A stretch of 64,000 nt of DNA from Takakia lepidozioides (GCA_030704615.1 CM060732.1:53754001-53818000), one strand, 5' to 3'. Numbered from the stretch's first letter, positions 25,004 through 39,139 are shown. The notes: generated from the sequence alone by a model not told the origin. Numbers and translations: made by a program.

Positions 25004-26958
25004 TCAAGTCCTGCCGTTAGCATCACGCAAGCGATGACGGAGTGGTCTGGGCGCAAACCTTCTTCCACGCAAGAATCCTTCAACATCCATCGTCACTCGC
25101 CAGTCCTCGGTTCTTGTTGCACTCTCCCCAAGCTCAGCCACAGTCGGTTTATAGCCAATCGTGTTAGTCAGGGAGGTCGGGCGAACCACTACACCATCCA
25201 AGTTAACCCCACTTTTCCAATGTCCGCTCTCGATCTCTATCATTGAGAACCTCAAAGTTACACTTTTCCTCTTTTCTTCCACTACAAACTCTCCCACATC
25301 GTATTCCATCCAGTCGTCTTCCACCACTCGAACAGGTGTTATATTTTGTAGCTGATTTTGAAGCCTGGCATTTTCAAACCGATTGCTCAAAAAACGGTGG
25401 TTGCTGGAAGCCTGTGTGCCATCACTCAAAGAAAGAGAGAATTCAGTGGGTGAACTTGCCCAGCCGTATACATGATCGCCATCCCTGGAGTCCTTGCGAT
25501 CGCTCAACTGAAGTCGAAATGATAGAGTGTAAGATCCTTGTGGAAGTAGACAATTCAACTCGCCAGTAGCTTCAAACCAGCAAACCTCCTTCAAAGATGC
25601 TACCTCTGGCCAACTGCACATGACACAAACAGTTGGAGCTGCATGCCGTGACGCCGACAGGATAGTGACTTGTAGGTGACAGGGGTAGCAGATGGGCAAG
25701 TGACATGTTATGTAATCAACAAGTATTGTTGTTTTCTGACAAAGTTCTGCTCAATATACCTCAATCCATCAACTGGGGTGAGCAGCATCAACATAACAAT
25801 TTACATCGCACGAACTTTTTCAAACCCCTTCCAAACCTCACTCCCTCATGCTCCCTAAGATGCAAGAACCAATACTTATAACAGTCTCTCTGTCATGCCA
25901 GGGTGTGCTGATAGGTTTTAAGACTGAATAATAAAAATTAAGGAGACCAAAGGAGAAACCAGATTGGAAATGTGCACATCACAACACTTCCGGAAGAGAA
26001 GTACCTTGAGCCCTTTCGGGGGAGCCACCTCCAATACCGATCATCATCACCCCAGACAACATTCAGGCCCCTTGCTGACACACTATAGCATACTGCTCCT
26101 GTGGCCTTATCCAACCAGCATGCCTGTACAATACAACATTCCATGCATCGAGAGCAATTCAATAGTGAACGATACCTCTCGAAGTAAAAACTTCTAACTT
26201 TCAGATTCGTTTGCAGTCTCAAATCTGGAACATGACCTATCGTTGATTGTTTCATGCACGTCTTATTTGCGAATAAGATCCTACATTCATATATATAGAT
26301 AAAGTTCCGACTAAATTTTTTTGTCACGAAGTCACTGTCTGAGAAATGGACAAAACCAGTATTATTCATATGGTTGTGAACTACTCCGGAATCCAGGTTT
26401 AGAATATTTCTAAGAAAGACAACGATTTCCATCCGTGGAGGAAACAAACATACAGAGTGCTTTCAAATCTTTCCGATACATCACAACAATGACTCTAACA
26501 TTATGATTAAGTCACTCGCAAACCTTGTCATGTCAGAAAACAAGGAGCGCAGAAGAGTCGGACTCATCTCTGACCTGTGTGCCATTCCGAAGAAGAACCT
26601 GCCTAGTAAAAAACTCAAATACATCGCGTTTACTCGAAAAACTCTGAGGAACGTCGCAGGCAAGTGCCAAAATCTCAGGGTAAGAATCTGGCAGCAGATG
26701 CTCCCAAACAAGGTCCGACTGAAAAGTATTTCGAAAACCACGACAGACACATTCTCCCCTGGCCACGTCCCTCGGACTCAGGCGCATTACAATTAGACCG
26801 ATACAAGCATCAGGTAAGTCAACCAGCCCGCCGTCATTGGTTCGATCGCCGTCTCGCTCATTTACTTCAGGCTCTTCACTACTTTGCGAAATCCACCCCG
26901 TCTCATCAGTCAGAGCGCCAGGTCGCTCCTCAACCGCAACAATGTTGCCTCTTTCCAT
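25004..26958 (-). CDS. F-box protein with PP2 (phloem protein 2 / Nictaba-type lectin) domain; exons 26958-26575, 26123-26005, 25613-25004
   Basis: F-box LVDLPDACI...LSPRDVAR...VW. PP2 motifs WLDK.TG..CY..SAR.L..VWGDD.RYW.W, VCWFE, WMEYDVGEF and HWKSG. GT-AG introns with consistent phases. Confidence 0.9.
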
Positions 26959-27077
26959 ACTAGCTCTCTTCCTAAGGCGTTATGAACTCGAAGCCCTTGG
27001 TCTATTGCGTTGGGAGTATTGCTTGCTTGTACAATCGGTTCTTGGATCTCATCTCCAAATTCCTGCAATCCTCGTCT

Positions 27078-27304
27078 CTCTGCATCCAAGCACAACTCCA
27101 TAGTCTCCCGCATATCTTGCTTGGCTGTGGATCGTGTGACGAGGCCGCTCTGCATCCATCGCTCTCTTCACCGTCCGCATCGCTGTCCATTTGCTTCAGA
27201 GCGCAGCTCACGCGTGGCAGCCAAAGCGACACTCCCTTGTCCTGTGAACCGCCTTGGACACTGGGATGAACAAGGGCGTTGGAGATGAATGCGCTCATCC
27301 ATCC
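27078..27304. repeat. 5' flank of the F-box gene, duplicated in inverted orientation at ~61648-61848
   Basis: CATCCAAGCACAACTCCATAGTCTCCC...GGCTGTGGATCGTGTGACGAGGCCGCTCTGCATCCATCGCTCTCTTCACCGTCC matches the reverse complement of 61750-61846. Confidence 0.9.
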
Positions 27305-28221
27305 AGTTTCCTCTAAAAATAACTAAAATAGATAAAAGTATGAAGAAAAAGATATTCTAATGGGACAGATTTGAGCGTCGCCCACGTGACGTACATTCCA
27401 CGCGTATTGGAAGACGTCGGATGGCATTGACCAGACCCGTTTTCCTTACACATGTCGTCCTCCGTGAGCTCGCGCCAAGTCCAAGACCAGCCTCAACCAA
27501 ACTCGTCGTTGCGTTGGAGAGAAAGAGAGGGAGAGAAGGCTGCGCAGGTGCGTGTGCTGAGGGCGATCTCGATCATCCCTGAGGATCGCCTGCCATTATT
27601 TAGGGTTGCTGATTTCACTGCCATCATCGCGCATTGTGTCTTATTACAGTTCCAGTTCGCCTGGTGCCTGCAATTGATCCTTACATAAAATCCAACCCAT
27701 TCACTCTTTCTCCATTCTCTCGCGTGGTCGCTAATCCTCTGGAATTACCTTCATAGCGGTAAGACCCTAGTGTGCTGGGACAAGACGCTCCTTGATACTC
27801 GAGGCAAAACCCGGGCAACCAGTCATCTACACAAACAATGGCATCTTGTAGAGAATCATTATAGAATATCCAATGAATGTGAAGCCACGACGTTGGGGAC
27901 AGGCAACTCAGGTACCGTCGGGTGCGCTTCAGTAGCTTGAGATGGTAGTTATGTAGGGCCCTCCACAACCATACATGGAGCTGCGGTGTCTAGACAAATA
28001 TCTCTGTCTTGATCTAATACCTCTCTATAAGTGCGCCCCTGATGTTTGGGCCAGTCTCTCTCTAAGTTGTCCGCTTGAGTTCCGTTATTCATCTGTTCTG
28101 CTGCCTGTTCTGTATGTATCCTGCAAGACAGCTCTGGAGACACATCGGCTCCTATTACGTAACTCATCATGAACTAAGCTCTCCGTTCATTGTGCTGATC
28201 TAGACTCAAGCTGCACACAGA

Positions 28222-31200
28222 ATGGAAGCCGCACTTGATCGGCAACCTGAGGAGAGCGCAAATGCTCGAGCATCGAGTCGATTGACCACTTCAAACGGCG
28301 AGTGTGAGAATTGCAATATGGTAGCTGACACTCCAGAGTTTGAGATTGAAACCCAGCTAAACACGAATTCAACGAGTAGTAAAAGTTCAGATGGCTATGA
28401 CGCAATAGTGGTAGGCTCTGGCTATGGTGGAGCGATTGCAGCGTGCAGGCTGGCAGAAGCTGGCCTCAAAGTGTGCGTGTTGGAGAAGGGACGTCGCTGG
28501 GAAGCCCACGAGTTTCCAACTTCCGTCTGGCAACTTCTTCGCTCCACTTATTTGCGCACACCATTCGGAAGCTTTGGAGACCCCAAAGGTCTCTTCCAGG
28601 TACACCCTAAGCTTGCACAATTGAGTTATGCACAAATCCCATTTACAACATCCATAGAGTTGGTTAGTGTGATCTGTATAGGGGAAGTCACTGTCCCTCT
28701 GTACTTCCGCCTTTCTCGGTCTGCTCAGTCGGGCTCGCCGTCGTTCGCAAACCTCAAAAGTCCAAAGTTCTTCGGCCGGTGACTTCCCCTGCGTAAAGAC
28801 TTTCCAACTTATTTCTTTCCAGATTATTTCTTTTCAGCTTATTTCTCAATCGTAGGATGTAAAGGACAAGAAGTAAAGGAACAGAAAGATAAAGAAAAGG
28901 AAAAAATGGCCCCGCCTTGCAGGGAAATCTTACGCTGGAAGATATGTCTTACGTGGGAAATTCTGCCCCAAGAGATCCCTGAAAACACAAAGGGAAAAAG
29001 CTAAAATGTTTACGTGGATCATACGGACTGGTATGTAATTAGTGTACACAGTCACGAGAATCAGAGACGTGAAAGCTTTGATGCAGTAGGGAGAATGTCG
29101 ACGACTTTCCATGGGCACCTGATTGAAGCTCCTGACAGGAGTTTAGGAGGTCTGTAACTTGAATCATGTGCCTGTGCAAGCAGATGCATGTTCAAGGGGA
29201 CACATTTGCACTTGTTGGGGCGGGACTTGGTGGAGGGTCGTTGGTGAATGCCGGGCTGGTGGCACGATTGCCCGCACGCGCACGACGAGATCCACGGTGG
29301 CCGAAAGAGTGGGAGAGGGACTGGCACGCATGCGAAGCTCGTGGCAATGCCATGCTGGAGCCTGAGGAAGTTCTTCACGTCTTCCCAAAGTCACAGGTTC
29401 GTGCCCCAGACCAGTTTCATTTACATCAGTTATAGAGCAATGGCGCGCTGCAGTAAAAAGTTCGGCAGAGGCACACTGTAGCACTACTACACTGTAATCA
29501 CTTTCCTAATTACGTCAACACAAGACCAGTTTTGCAAGGAGCTGCGAGACTGCAGACCGAGCTGCAGACACGCAGTTTGCCATTAGTGCGTGGGTCCAGA
29601 AGTAAGTGGTTTTATGAGGATAGGAATGGGGTGAGCTATAAGAGTCATTGAAACCCTTTCTCCTGGTGTCCCACTAGCAGCCCCTGGATCCTGATATCAT
29701 GAACGCGCTCGAGTGTTCTGCAGGTTATGGAGGCAATTTCGGGAGAGATTGAAGATGCGAGTCCTGATTCCAGTAGATTTACCACACGCTTTAGGCAGGC
29801 TGGACCGAATATTGCTACGCAAGCACTCAATGCGTGCACTGCATGCGGCAACTGCCTCAGTGGATGCCCATACAATGCCAAAAACTCCACCGACAAAAAC
29901 TACCTTGCTGTAGCCATGCAGGTGTGAACTCGTTCACCACAACCCTAGATTAATTGTTCAACACCCCAACTCTACAGTGATACATTTCTCTAACAAAATT
30001 TGCATACAGTTTTGAATCTCAGTTACAGTTTAGCTCAAGATCAGTTTAGATTGACCATGCATCGTCGTGCACTTGTATTTGATTGATATCTATCCTACAT
30101 TAGCTGGAGGCCTCAGTAGATATTGGATGAATAATCCTTATCGAGAATGGTTTCGAACCTGGAGACAGGGTTTATGAAGGCTTGGTTCTCCAGCTATATA
30201 ATTCATGAGTCAGAAGTTGAATAAGATTTCCTTCTTGGTCCACAACATGCATCTACACGTGGACAAGAAACTGAATTGGTACAACCAAGTCGATCACATC
30301 TATGTTGTCAGATTGATTTGCAGTCCTTCACCACCTTTTTTGAGCTGGGTGCTCAATTTAATCGGAGAATCTGAAGACTTCACATGATCTCATGTTTTCT
30401 CCTACAGGCAGGAGCGAAGATAGTCACAGAGTGTGAGGTCCTCTTTGTGATACGAAACGTCCAAGTTGCAGGTAAAGATGGCATTTCATGTGCTTGTCGC
30501 CATGGTTTTCCGGCAGGACGTGGGCGAAGGTGGCGCGTGCACCTCAATGAAGTGGAGTGCTTGTCAGCGGATAGTGTCGTTCTCGCAGGTAAGGCTTGAT
30601 TCCACTTGACTTAAACAGCTTGAATCACCTATTTCAGTTGCGTAGACATCTCACGACCCTAACCAACAGAATACTGGAAACAAATCAGTGGTGCCCTGGT
30701 AACAGCATGATCATGCTGCAGGCAGATTCTGTCCCTTCCCTTTCCTTGTGGGAAGTACGTCAATAGTAGAAGGATTTCATCATGTCAACGACAAAGTGAG
30801 TTGTGTTGTTCCAGTGCAGCGAGTTGTACGAGTTGATTGCCTGGTGAGCAGATGTCAGGCAATGCGGATGCATATTCTAATGGCTCATCTGCGATCGTGC
30901 AGCTGGTGTGCTGGGGACAACCGAGATCCTCTTGCGGTCTCGGGAAAGAGGGCTGGACCTTTCAGAGAGGCTGGGCTACGGTCTCAGCTGCAATGGCAAC
31001 AACATTGCCCTGTTGGCCGGCACACGGGCACCCACAAAGGGTCATGCCATCCATAAGAAAGACTTTGCCACTGTGCCCATGCCAATGCGTCCTGGCCCCT
31101 CCATCTCCAGCTCTCATACATCCTCCCTTGGCTTCACCATACAGGTATATATTCTTCTTCTTATGCGTTTGCCAATTACTATTACATAACTTTCTAGAAC

Positions 31201-34200
31201 TACTACCTATTGCCGAGCGTGCTCAAGTGCCCAAGTGTCAAGCGTAATTCTCTGCAAAATGTGCAATTGAAGCTCTGCAGACCAAAACCTGACTGACAGC
31301 TCAAAATGTCTTAAGCAATTTGAGAGTGGCCTCTATCTCAGTACTTGTAACCATCCAACAACCGGCCTGAAGTAGTCTGGAAGCTTGTAGATCAAAACTA
31401 TTCAAATTTGCTTACGGAAGTGCTACAAAAGTGGTATGTGGCTGAAGTTCCAATCATTTGCCTGTGGAACCTCGTAAACAAAAGGAATGAGTCCCTAGAG
31501 GAAGTGTTGATAGTGGACTGAAGCTATAAGCCTTGAATGCGGATGTGCAGGCAGCAACTATACCAACAGCTTGCCCGCACCTGATGTTCAAGGGAGTGCT
31601 CACCTACGGTTGGCCTCCTGGTGTTTGGCTATTACAAGGCCTCTGGGATCACCTCAAATACTGGGCCAAGAGGAAGGACAGCGATGTCATCGCACTCAAC
31701 ATGATTGGCTATGATGCAGCTGATGGTCGAATATTTCTGGATCCGTGCACGGCTCGCCTGAGGTCAGTATCTGTCAAGTGTCCATTGACTTGTAGACCAC
31801 ATGTATTTGTCTCCAGATTGAAACTTCTGTGACCAGCTCATGAACTAGTTCTTGAAGATTCTTGCACAAGGGTGAACTCTTAAATAAACTTCACAAAATA
31901 AATTCATACAAGTCAATCATCTGATTTCCAATACTTTGGCCAGGTTCTACGCTCCACAAGATGCACTTCTTCCTCACAAGATCACAACATTTCAGAAGTT
32001 GGCAAAACGCCTTAGGGGCATGCTTTACATGACACGTTTTCGCTCAGCTTCTGTGCACCTGCTGGGGGGCTGTAATGCTGCTTCTAATGCTCATATGGGT
32101 GTTGCCAATCCCAATGGCCAAGTCTTTGCCCCTTACGCCCAGAGATCGAAAGCTCTTCAAAAGGTCACCTCTGGAGCCACAGTATTGAATGATCAGGAGC
32201 ACCCCACAATCCAGGAAAGCACCCCTGAGAGTTTTCAATTTGAATCTCGATACTCATCACTAACTGGGGGAGCTTCAGGCACAGGGGCGTTGGAAAAGGA
32301 GGTTCCTATGGACTTGACCACCCCCACAACAGTACATGCTGGCCTATATGTCTGTGATGCTTCCCTTGTTCCATGTGCTGTGGGTGTGAATCCATTGAGT
32401 ACTATCACCACAGTCGCTGAGCATGTGGCTAGCTCTCTTGTGTGGGATACCACTGACTTCCTGTGGATGAAAGACTATCTCAGGACAATTTCATTTGCAG
32501 TGAAGGAACATGCCAAAGAGTGCAGTCCTATTTCTAGAGAGGCAAGCTCCAACTCACTCTCACAGGCAGGTGATAGCGTCCCTTTAAAGTCCCCAGCAAG
32601 GAACAAGAAGCAAAATGGATCGCTTAACGTGCCTCCCAACCCAAGTTTCAAGATGTTTCAATCTGGTGATATAACCTTTGAAAGCGCTTCCTATGTGGGT
32701 AATTGGGGGCCCAACAATGACGAGAATTTGGATAGCAAGGACCTCAAAAACATGAAACAAAGTGAGAACAACAGGGTCTCCACTCCCAAAAGTGGGTCAG
32801 TTGCTGGTGGATGCAAGTCGGCTGCTACATTTTCTAGTAATGAAGGAAGACAACATGTACTGCCAGGGCTGCGAGCTCTTGATGGTCAAAAAACAGTTAC
32901 AGAGGAAGGCCACAAGCCAATTATAGTTCAGGAGACTCTGCGTGGAAACCTAGGCGGAATGCCCTGCACACTACAGGTTTGTCTCTTTCATGTCACAGTT
33001 TAGAGGAACACATCCCTCACAGTGATTAGATGAAAAATCACAGGCCTAAGAATTTGCTTTGCCTGTAAAAATTGTCGGCATGATCTATAGTGCCACCAAA
33101 AAAAATTCTAATGTGTATGTACTCTGTTTCAGTTGGTGTTGCACATGGGAGTAAGTCCTGATGGCTACCAGCTCTGGAGCGACCATTTACCTCACATCTC
33201 TAGCAACCGGAGCTTTGGAGATCCCCACCCACTGCTGCGAGGTTGTGTGGGTGGAAAGTTGTTTATGCAATCACTGGATGCAGGAGTGCTGCATATTGTG
33301 GATGGATATGTAGATATGTGCTGGGTTGATCCCCGTGTGCCTTTCACTCAGTATATGCACTATCATCTTCTTCTTGCAGCTTCGTCTGGGGCCAGGTAAG
33401 CTTTCTGTATCCACCTTGGAACAGTCTTGCCTCTCTCTCTCTCCAAATGCTCCCTCTTGTTCTGCCCGAATTGTGCGCAGGGTCTATGGCCACAAGACTA
33501 TGGCAAACAGATACATTCTCACCCCAAAAAACATTTCGTATCCAATTTTTTCTGTCATTAGATTAGATTGATGCCACTGTCGTTCTTAAGGAAAAGGAAA
33601 TGCTACAAAATTGGTGCGTACTGTCAAGGTGACTCACGCTTATGTTGTGTGCTTGGTGCAGATATGTGTTGGATGGTAGGAAGGTAATGCAGCCTTTCCT
33701 GCTTGGTACCTGGGGTTGGCAAGAGTCAACAACTCTTCACATGACTATACGTCGGGTTATGCCTCCTCACTCAAAGATGCCAGGTATTGAGAAGCCATTG
33801 GTGCTGGAGGGCAAACTTAGAGTGAGCATGCTAAGCCTTCTGCACTCTCTATGCACTTTGCGTGGCACAAAGAGAGTTCAATTTGTAAGGCTACTAGCAG
33901 CAAGCATGCTTCGGACTTATTTCTTTAAAGGCCCTCGCCTGGCGGGAGTTCCACCAAAGTTTTTACCCTCTACTCCCCACAGCAATCTTCCTCCATTTGT
34001 GCTCCACAACATCACCACAGGTATGATACTGACATGGTCTGTTTCTTTATACATGGGTTTCAACTCACCTGCATTATTCTCAAATTCCACTTTTCAATGT
34101 AAAGCCCACTTTTTAAAGATTTCTGTCCCCGACTTATTCCCCGACTTATTCCCCTCGGTCTTGAGTCTTTATACTGTCCATTTTGGCACAAAGACCATAC

Positions 34201-35940
34201 TTGCAAGACTAGAAGCACTCATATTTTTTAGCGATGTTGATTGCCTCCCTCCGATGTATAGTCATTAGACATGATGATTTATAGCACAATATGGTTTGTA
34301 AATATCTTCCATTTACAAGATCAAGTCGTTGTTCTTACCAACCACTTCGGCTCGCTGGATAGAGGACGGATGGGAGATCAGCTGCAAGCAATTCCGTCGC
34401 AATGAGGAAGCGGACGATGATGGCGCACAGTCTCGAGTGGTTCTGCTGATCAACGGTTACTGCCTAGAAAGCTACTATCTTCCCACCGAGCCCCACGACC
34501 TAGTCCGCACATTAATCCAAAACGATTACGAGCCCTGGGTGCTGCAAACCCGCTACCACCCCGAGCATGCCACTCCTCGACCCTTCACCTTTGACGACGT
34601 CGCCCGTTTCGACATCCCTGCTGGTACGTCTCTGAATCCTTTAAACTTCCCACCACTGCGTTTTCGTAATAACCACACCCACCAAATCACTGACAAAACA
34701 CCATTGCTGCATGCAGTGTTCGCAAAGATCGCAGCGGTGAAAGGGAACACAGTCCGCGCTCACGTTGTGGCTCACTGTGTGGGGGGGCTCTCAATCCACA
34801 TGGCCCTGCTGGCCGGCTTCGTCCCCACCTCCTCCGTCGCATCCTTGGCCTGCACCAACTCCTCCATGTTCTTCTGTCTCTCTCCCTTGCCTCTCGCCAA
34901 GCTCTTCGCTCCTCTCATTCTCGTAAGCTCTCTCCTCTCAAGCACACCGTTATGTATCCCAAATCGTTTCAAAATACTAGGCTTGACTTAGTTTATGTGA
35001 TTGAGTGGATTCATGAGTGGAGTGTTTCCATTCTGAATGTTGTGGCACGATGCTTAAAGGTCGGAGCCTATTTCTAGTGTAAAGCGGCAATAGGCTCCGA
35101 CCATAATAACGTATCATCATCACCTCCACGTCATCATTGACATGTCATTATGGCCACATCATCATCAAGTGACGTATCATCATCATGCCACATCATCATC
35201 TCCACGTCCATAATGTATCCATCGTATGTGTGATGGGACAGATATCGATGGCCATCCTGGGCAAGAACAGCGTGCTGCAACTGGACGCGGGCAAGGACGG
35301 TTGGCGCCACGCGGTCGTCCGCGCGCTGGCGCGGATCATACCGCGACCGCAACCGTGCGCGCACGATCGGTGCCAAGTGTTCTCGGGAATCTTCGGGACC
35401 TCGTTCTGGCACGAGAACTTGACGGAGAGCATGCACACGTGGCTGGTGCACCGCGTGGTTCACTGCGTGCCCATGTCCGCCTTCCCGCACATGCGCACGA
35501 TCTGTCTTGCGGGGCGCGTGGTTGACAAGCGCGGTTCAGATGAGTACCTGGCACACCCGGAGAGGCTGGCGCTGCCCACCACGTACATCTCGGGCGGCCG
35601 CACGGTTCTGGTCACGCCAGAAACGTCGCTGCGCGGACAGGAGTTCATGACGCGCCATCATCCACAGTTCGAGCATGTCCGCGCGGTTGTGCCCGGCTAC
35701 GGCCACGCCGACCTGCTCATTGGGGAACATGCCCACGTGGACGTGTTCCCGCACATTGTTGGGCACCTACGCAGAGTGGAGGCGAATGGCGGCAAGGGGC
35801 AAGGTGTTGTTCCCTTATCTTGGGAGCGTCCGCGGGACGGCAGTCTGCGGCGGCTGCTGCGGCTCTGCTTGCTTCTTGTGCTGTGCCTTGTTCTGTTCAG
35901 GATCCGTAGTTGGTCGGACTTCATTCACCCATTCGGATGA
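28222..35940 (+). CDS. GMC-family FAD oxidoreductase (cholesterol-oxidase-like) fused to a C-terminal alpha/beta-hydrolase; about 12 exons
   Basis: [12 protein letters not shown] (FAD binding), [31 protein letters not shown] and [16 protein letters not shown]. Hydrolase elbow VAHCVGG and [10 protein letters not shown]. Approximate exons 28222-28599, 29184-29396, 29724-29921, 30408-30588, ~30905-31144, 31551-31762, ~31943-32976, 33133-33395, 33662-34021, ~34363-34623, 34717-34922, 35242-35940. Confidence 0.88.
28680..28790. mobile_element. Small MITE-like element in intron 1
   Basis: 12-bp terminal inverted repeat AGGGGAAGTCAC / GTGACTTCCCCT. A second weaker fold-back (GCGTAAAGACTTTCC...GGAAATCTTACGC) follows at ~28791-28936. 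Confidence 0.55.
35059..35102. repeat. Intronic hairpin with 14-bp perfect arms
   Basis: GGTCGGAGCCTATT ... AATAGGCTCCGACC, followed by (CAT)n-rich sequence. Confidence 0.7.
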
Positions 35941-36884
35941 CTCACAAAGTCCCGTCCCTTCGTCTTTAGTAGGTATACTGTGGACCAAAAAACAAAAAAT
36001 CTGTCCATTCTTTTCATGTACATATATATATTCATGTGGAATCATGTCGACAATCACTCTGTAGCGGTACCGCGTTGTAATGAAACAGAGCAAACTGCGT
36101 CGCAGAAGTGATTTTGAGAGAAAATTCAGAGGCGCGTAAAGACCCACCTTCTTTTCTGTTGTGGGCTGATCTACTTCAAGCAGTAAGCATATCGATTTTG
36201 ATTTGCTTTTGCATGTTTCATTCACAATCGAGCCCATTCTTGGAAGCTATCGAGAATTCATTATTGCTACCAGGAAGGACAAGAGTTTCATGAAGAACTA
36301 TAGTTTGATCTGTAGTCAATGCAGTGACATTAGCAACAACAATAGAAAGATGGTTCTGGACATATGAAAAATAATGGCAAATTCTTTTCCCGAGAAGATT
36401 TCCTACAGTGCACATGCCGAGCATGTAGAGGATATCGGGCCGAACGTAAATGTTACGATGAAGGAACACACAGGGACAGATAGAACGAGTCCGTTTCCGA
36501 GAGAGAGAAGTCTACCGTGCACTAATACAGGATTAATACGTTGGAGATTTCTGAGATTTTGCATCTGTAAGTCCTGCATTGTGTAGTTAGACCGGAGCGA
36601 AGAGACAGCGAGGGAAGGGAGTTGGCAAGGTTTCGAGAATTTTGAAATTTAGATGGGGCCTTCAATGGAAATTTTCCGGAGAATCAACGTTGCCCGCTGT
36701 GTATTTGTCATAATTTATTGGCGGTTTGCGTGATTAATTTGGACGGGACTGATCAGCAGGAAGAGAAACAAAAGAAGACGAGCAGATGTGGACAATGATA
36801 CCAGAAGATCACCAGGTAATAGTCTGATTCGACTGATCTCTGACGCGATCTAGTGTTTGTTATAGAAACAGTCCGGTCACAACC

Positions 36885-38100
36885 CACCCTGTTCATTCCT
36901 ATCTGTGACAAACATTCTAGCGAAGCTCTTTATCGTGCGTGTAGGTATTCAAACCCGCGACCATAACCAGCATTTTCAGTGACAAACGGCTCTTTTGGTT
37001 TTGTTGACCGAATGTATGGAAAAGTGATATGATATGAATGCTTCGCGAGGGTCCTTCCTGCCATAAATCAAGAAGATGTTGTGTTCCTTAAGAGGTCTCT
37101 GCCTTTCCTGCTCCTTCAGTGCGTTGCCCATGCCATCACCACACACGGGCTTTACAAGTTCGAGATACGACTTGGACCAGTTTCCATTTACTATTCCCAT
37201 TTTGATTCTCCTCACTGTGTTTGGTCCTCCGGTGTATTGAATTGCTATGCTGCATATTTCCGCGGCAGCTTAGAAGTGCTCCCGTATCATGGGAATTCTT
37301 AGAGTATCCCGGTGAACAAACAGACAACAACTCGAATTAGTAGCTGCTGCTACTCTAAGATGCTGCTAGCATGCTTTGTTGTTTTTGCTTGATCTAAGTC
37401 TGAAGTTAGTGAGGATGGCGAGAAACGCATACACATGAGATTTGACGCACAAACCAAGTTACAGATTAAGTTCCGTGGTGAGAACTTTCAATTGCACATT
37501 GTCAAGTTGGTAGCGACGTTGGCTGGTCCTCTGCCAACAGACATCTGCACTTGCTGACATAAAACCAAAGATTCCAAGTGACTTGATACAAAGGATTGAC
37601 ACACGCGGTGCAAGGGTCGTCAGAAGAGAATTATCTTAGCATAAAGTTGAGCAGACGTATCAGCAACAGATCAACACAATCAACCTCCACTTAAACTTGT
37701 AGCTGGGGATCAGTGAGCAATAACAGAAGGCATCCCAAGTAGCCACATCAATTCATTACCAATTATTGAAACAGCTTTACAGTCGAGTCAGAAGAATTAC
37801 TGGAGGTATGTGACCTGTTCTTTCCTGTCTGTGGCAAACATTCTAGTCGTGGAAGCGTGTAGGTATTCCAACAATCGGAAGAAAAAACCAAGACAGAAAT
37901 TAGTCCTCGCAAAAAATAACGTGCAGGTACGTCGTAAATGCATGTCGCTCACCTCCCATCCTCCCCCGAGCTTTTTATTTTTATGTCTTGCAAGAGACAA
38001 CAACTTGTGCCCTATTTCAGTATTTATACACAAGAAGTAAAAACAGTACAAAGGATATGGGAGGAGTAAATATGCATTTACTGTCCCCATTTGATTTTCT
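36885..38100. repeat. Old diverged direct duplication (~0.9 kb offset)
   Basis: CCTGTTC.TTCCT.TCTGTG.CAAACATTCTAG...GCGTGTAGGTATTC at ~36888 and ~37814. CATTTACT.T.CCCATTT at ~37185 and ~38075. Confidence 0.55.
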
Positions 38101-39139
38101 TAGTTAGGTCTACCGATCATTTTCCTCCTTTTTAGAAGTTGATTCTCCAAATGGAATATAATACCTACATTCCCCCCGTCCAGGTGGGTATCTACCTAAG
38201 TACGTATAGTGCTGAGAATACGTAGACAGGTAGCGACAAAAGTTGGTTATGGAAATGAGGTGCAACTACAAAGGGGTGGCTGCAGTCTTGGTGCCACGAA
38301 TTCAATCCCGTTGTCGACGCCGTGATCCTGCGTCATCTGCTCTTCTTTCTCACTCGCATCCTACTTACTTTCCTGGGCGACATGGAAACTCATTTCTTAG
38401 CCTTTTCAGAAGCTGCGGTGATTGGTGCCCCAGCTGCGGTGGTTAGGTTTACTGACCACAGTTGAGTCAAGTGTGTATTGAACCCTTTCAAGGGGCTAAG
38501 TATTTGCAATGTAGTAAGTCCCTCCCTAGCTCGCTACATTGGTCTGTAAAAGTGTACGCTCTGCTGTGGCAATGCAGCTGTATCACCTGAATATGAATAT
38601 GACCTTGCACATATTTTCATGGACTCACATGTTCATTATATATAACCCATGGTTGTTTCCCGAATTTCATGAGACTGGTCATCGTTGGTTGCTCAATGTC
38701 AGAGTTATGGGTTCCACAAAAGCATTCTGATGTTTATGAAGGTAGAGCTTTGTGATGCATCTAGTATCTAATCTACCTTGGTCACAGGGCTCCCAGTTAA
38801 ACCTCCATAGATGGCCTGGGCTCGTTGAATATCGTCCACAATGTTAGAGAATACACTAAATCAAACATTAGTGTTTTTTTAAAATAAATTTAATTTAAAA
38901 AAAAAGGGTTGGTGTTTAGAGTGAGATATGAGTATGGTCAATCCAATTTTATATATGTAAGAGTGAGAGAGTACAAGACAGGATTTTTTTTTTTTAAAAT
39001 TAGAAGTTTGATCTGTAGCTTGTGTTCCACTATGTTAGAATGTGCATCTATTGTGTAAACTTGATGCATGAAAAATCTAAGCACTTGTACAGTATACTTG
39101 GCTCCAACAGTGAGGGCTCTGAGGCATTTGGGATTTCAA

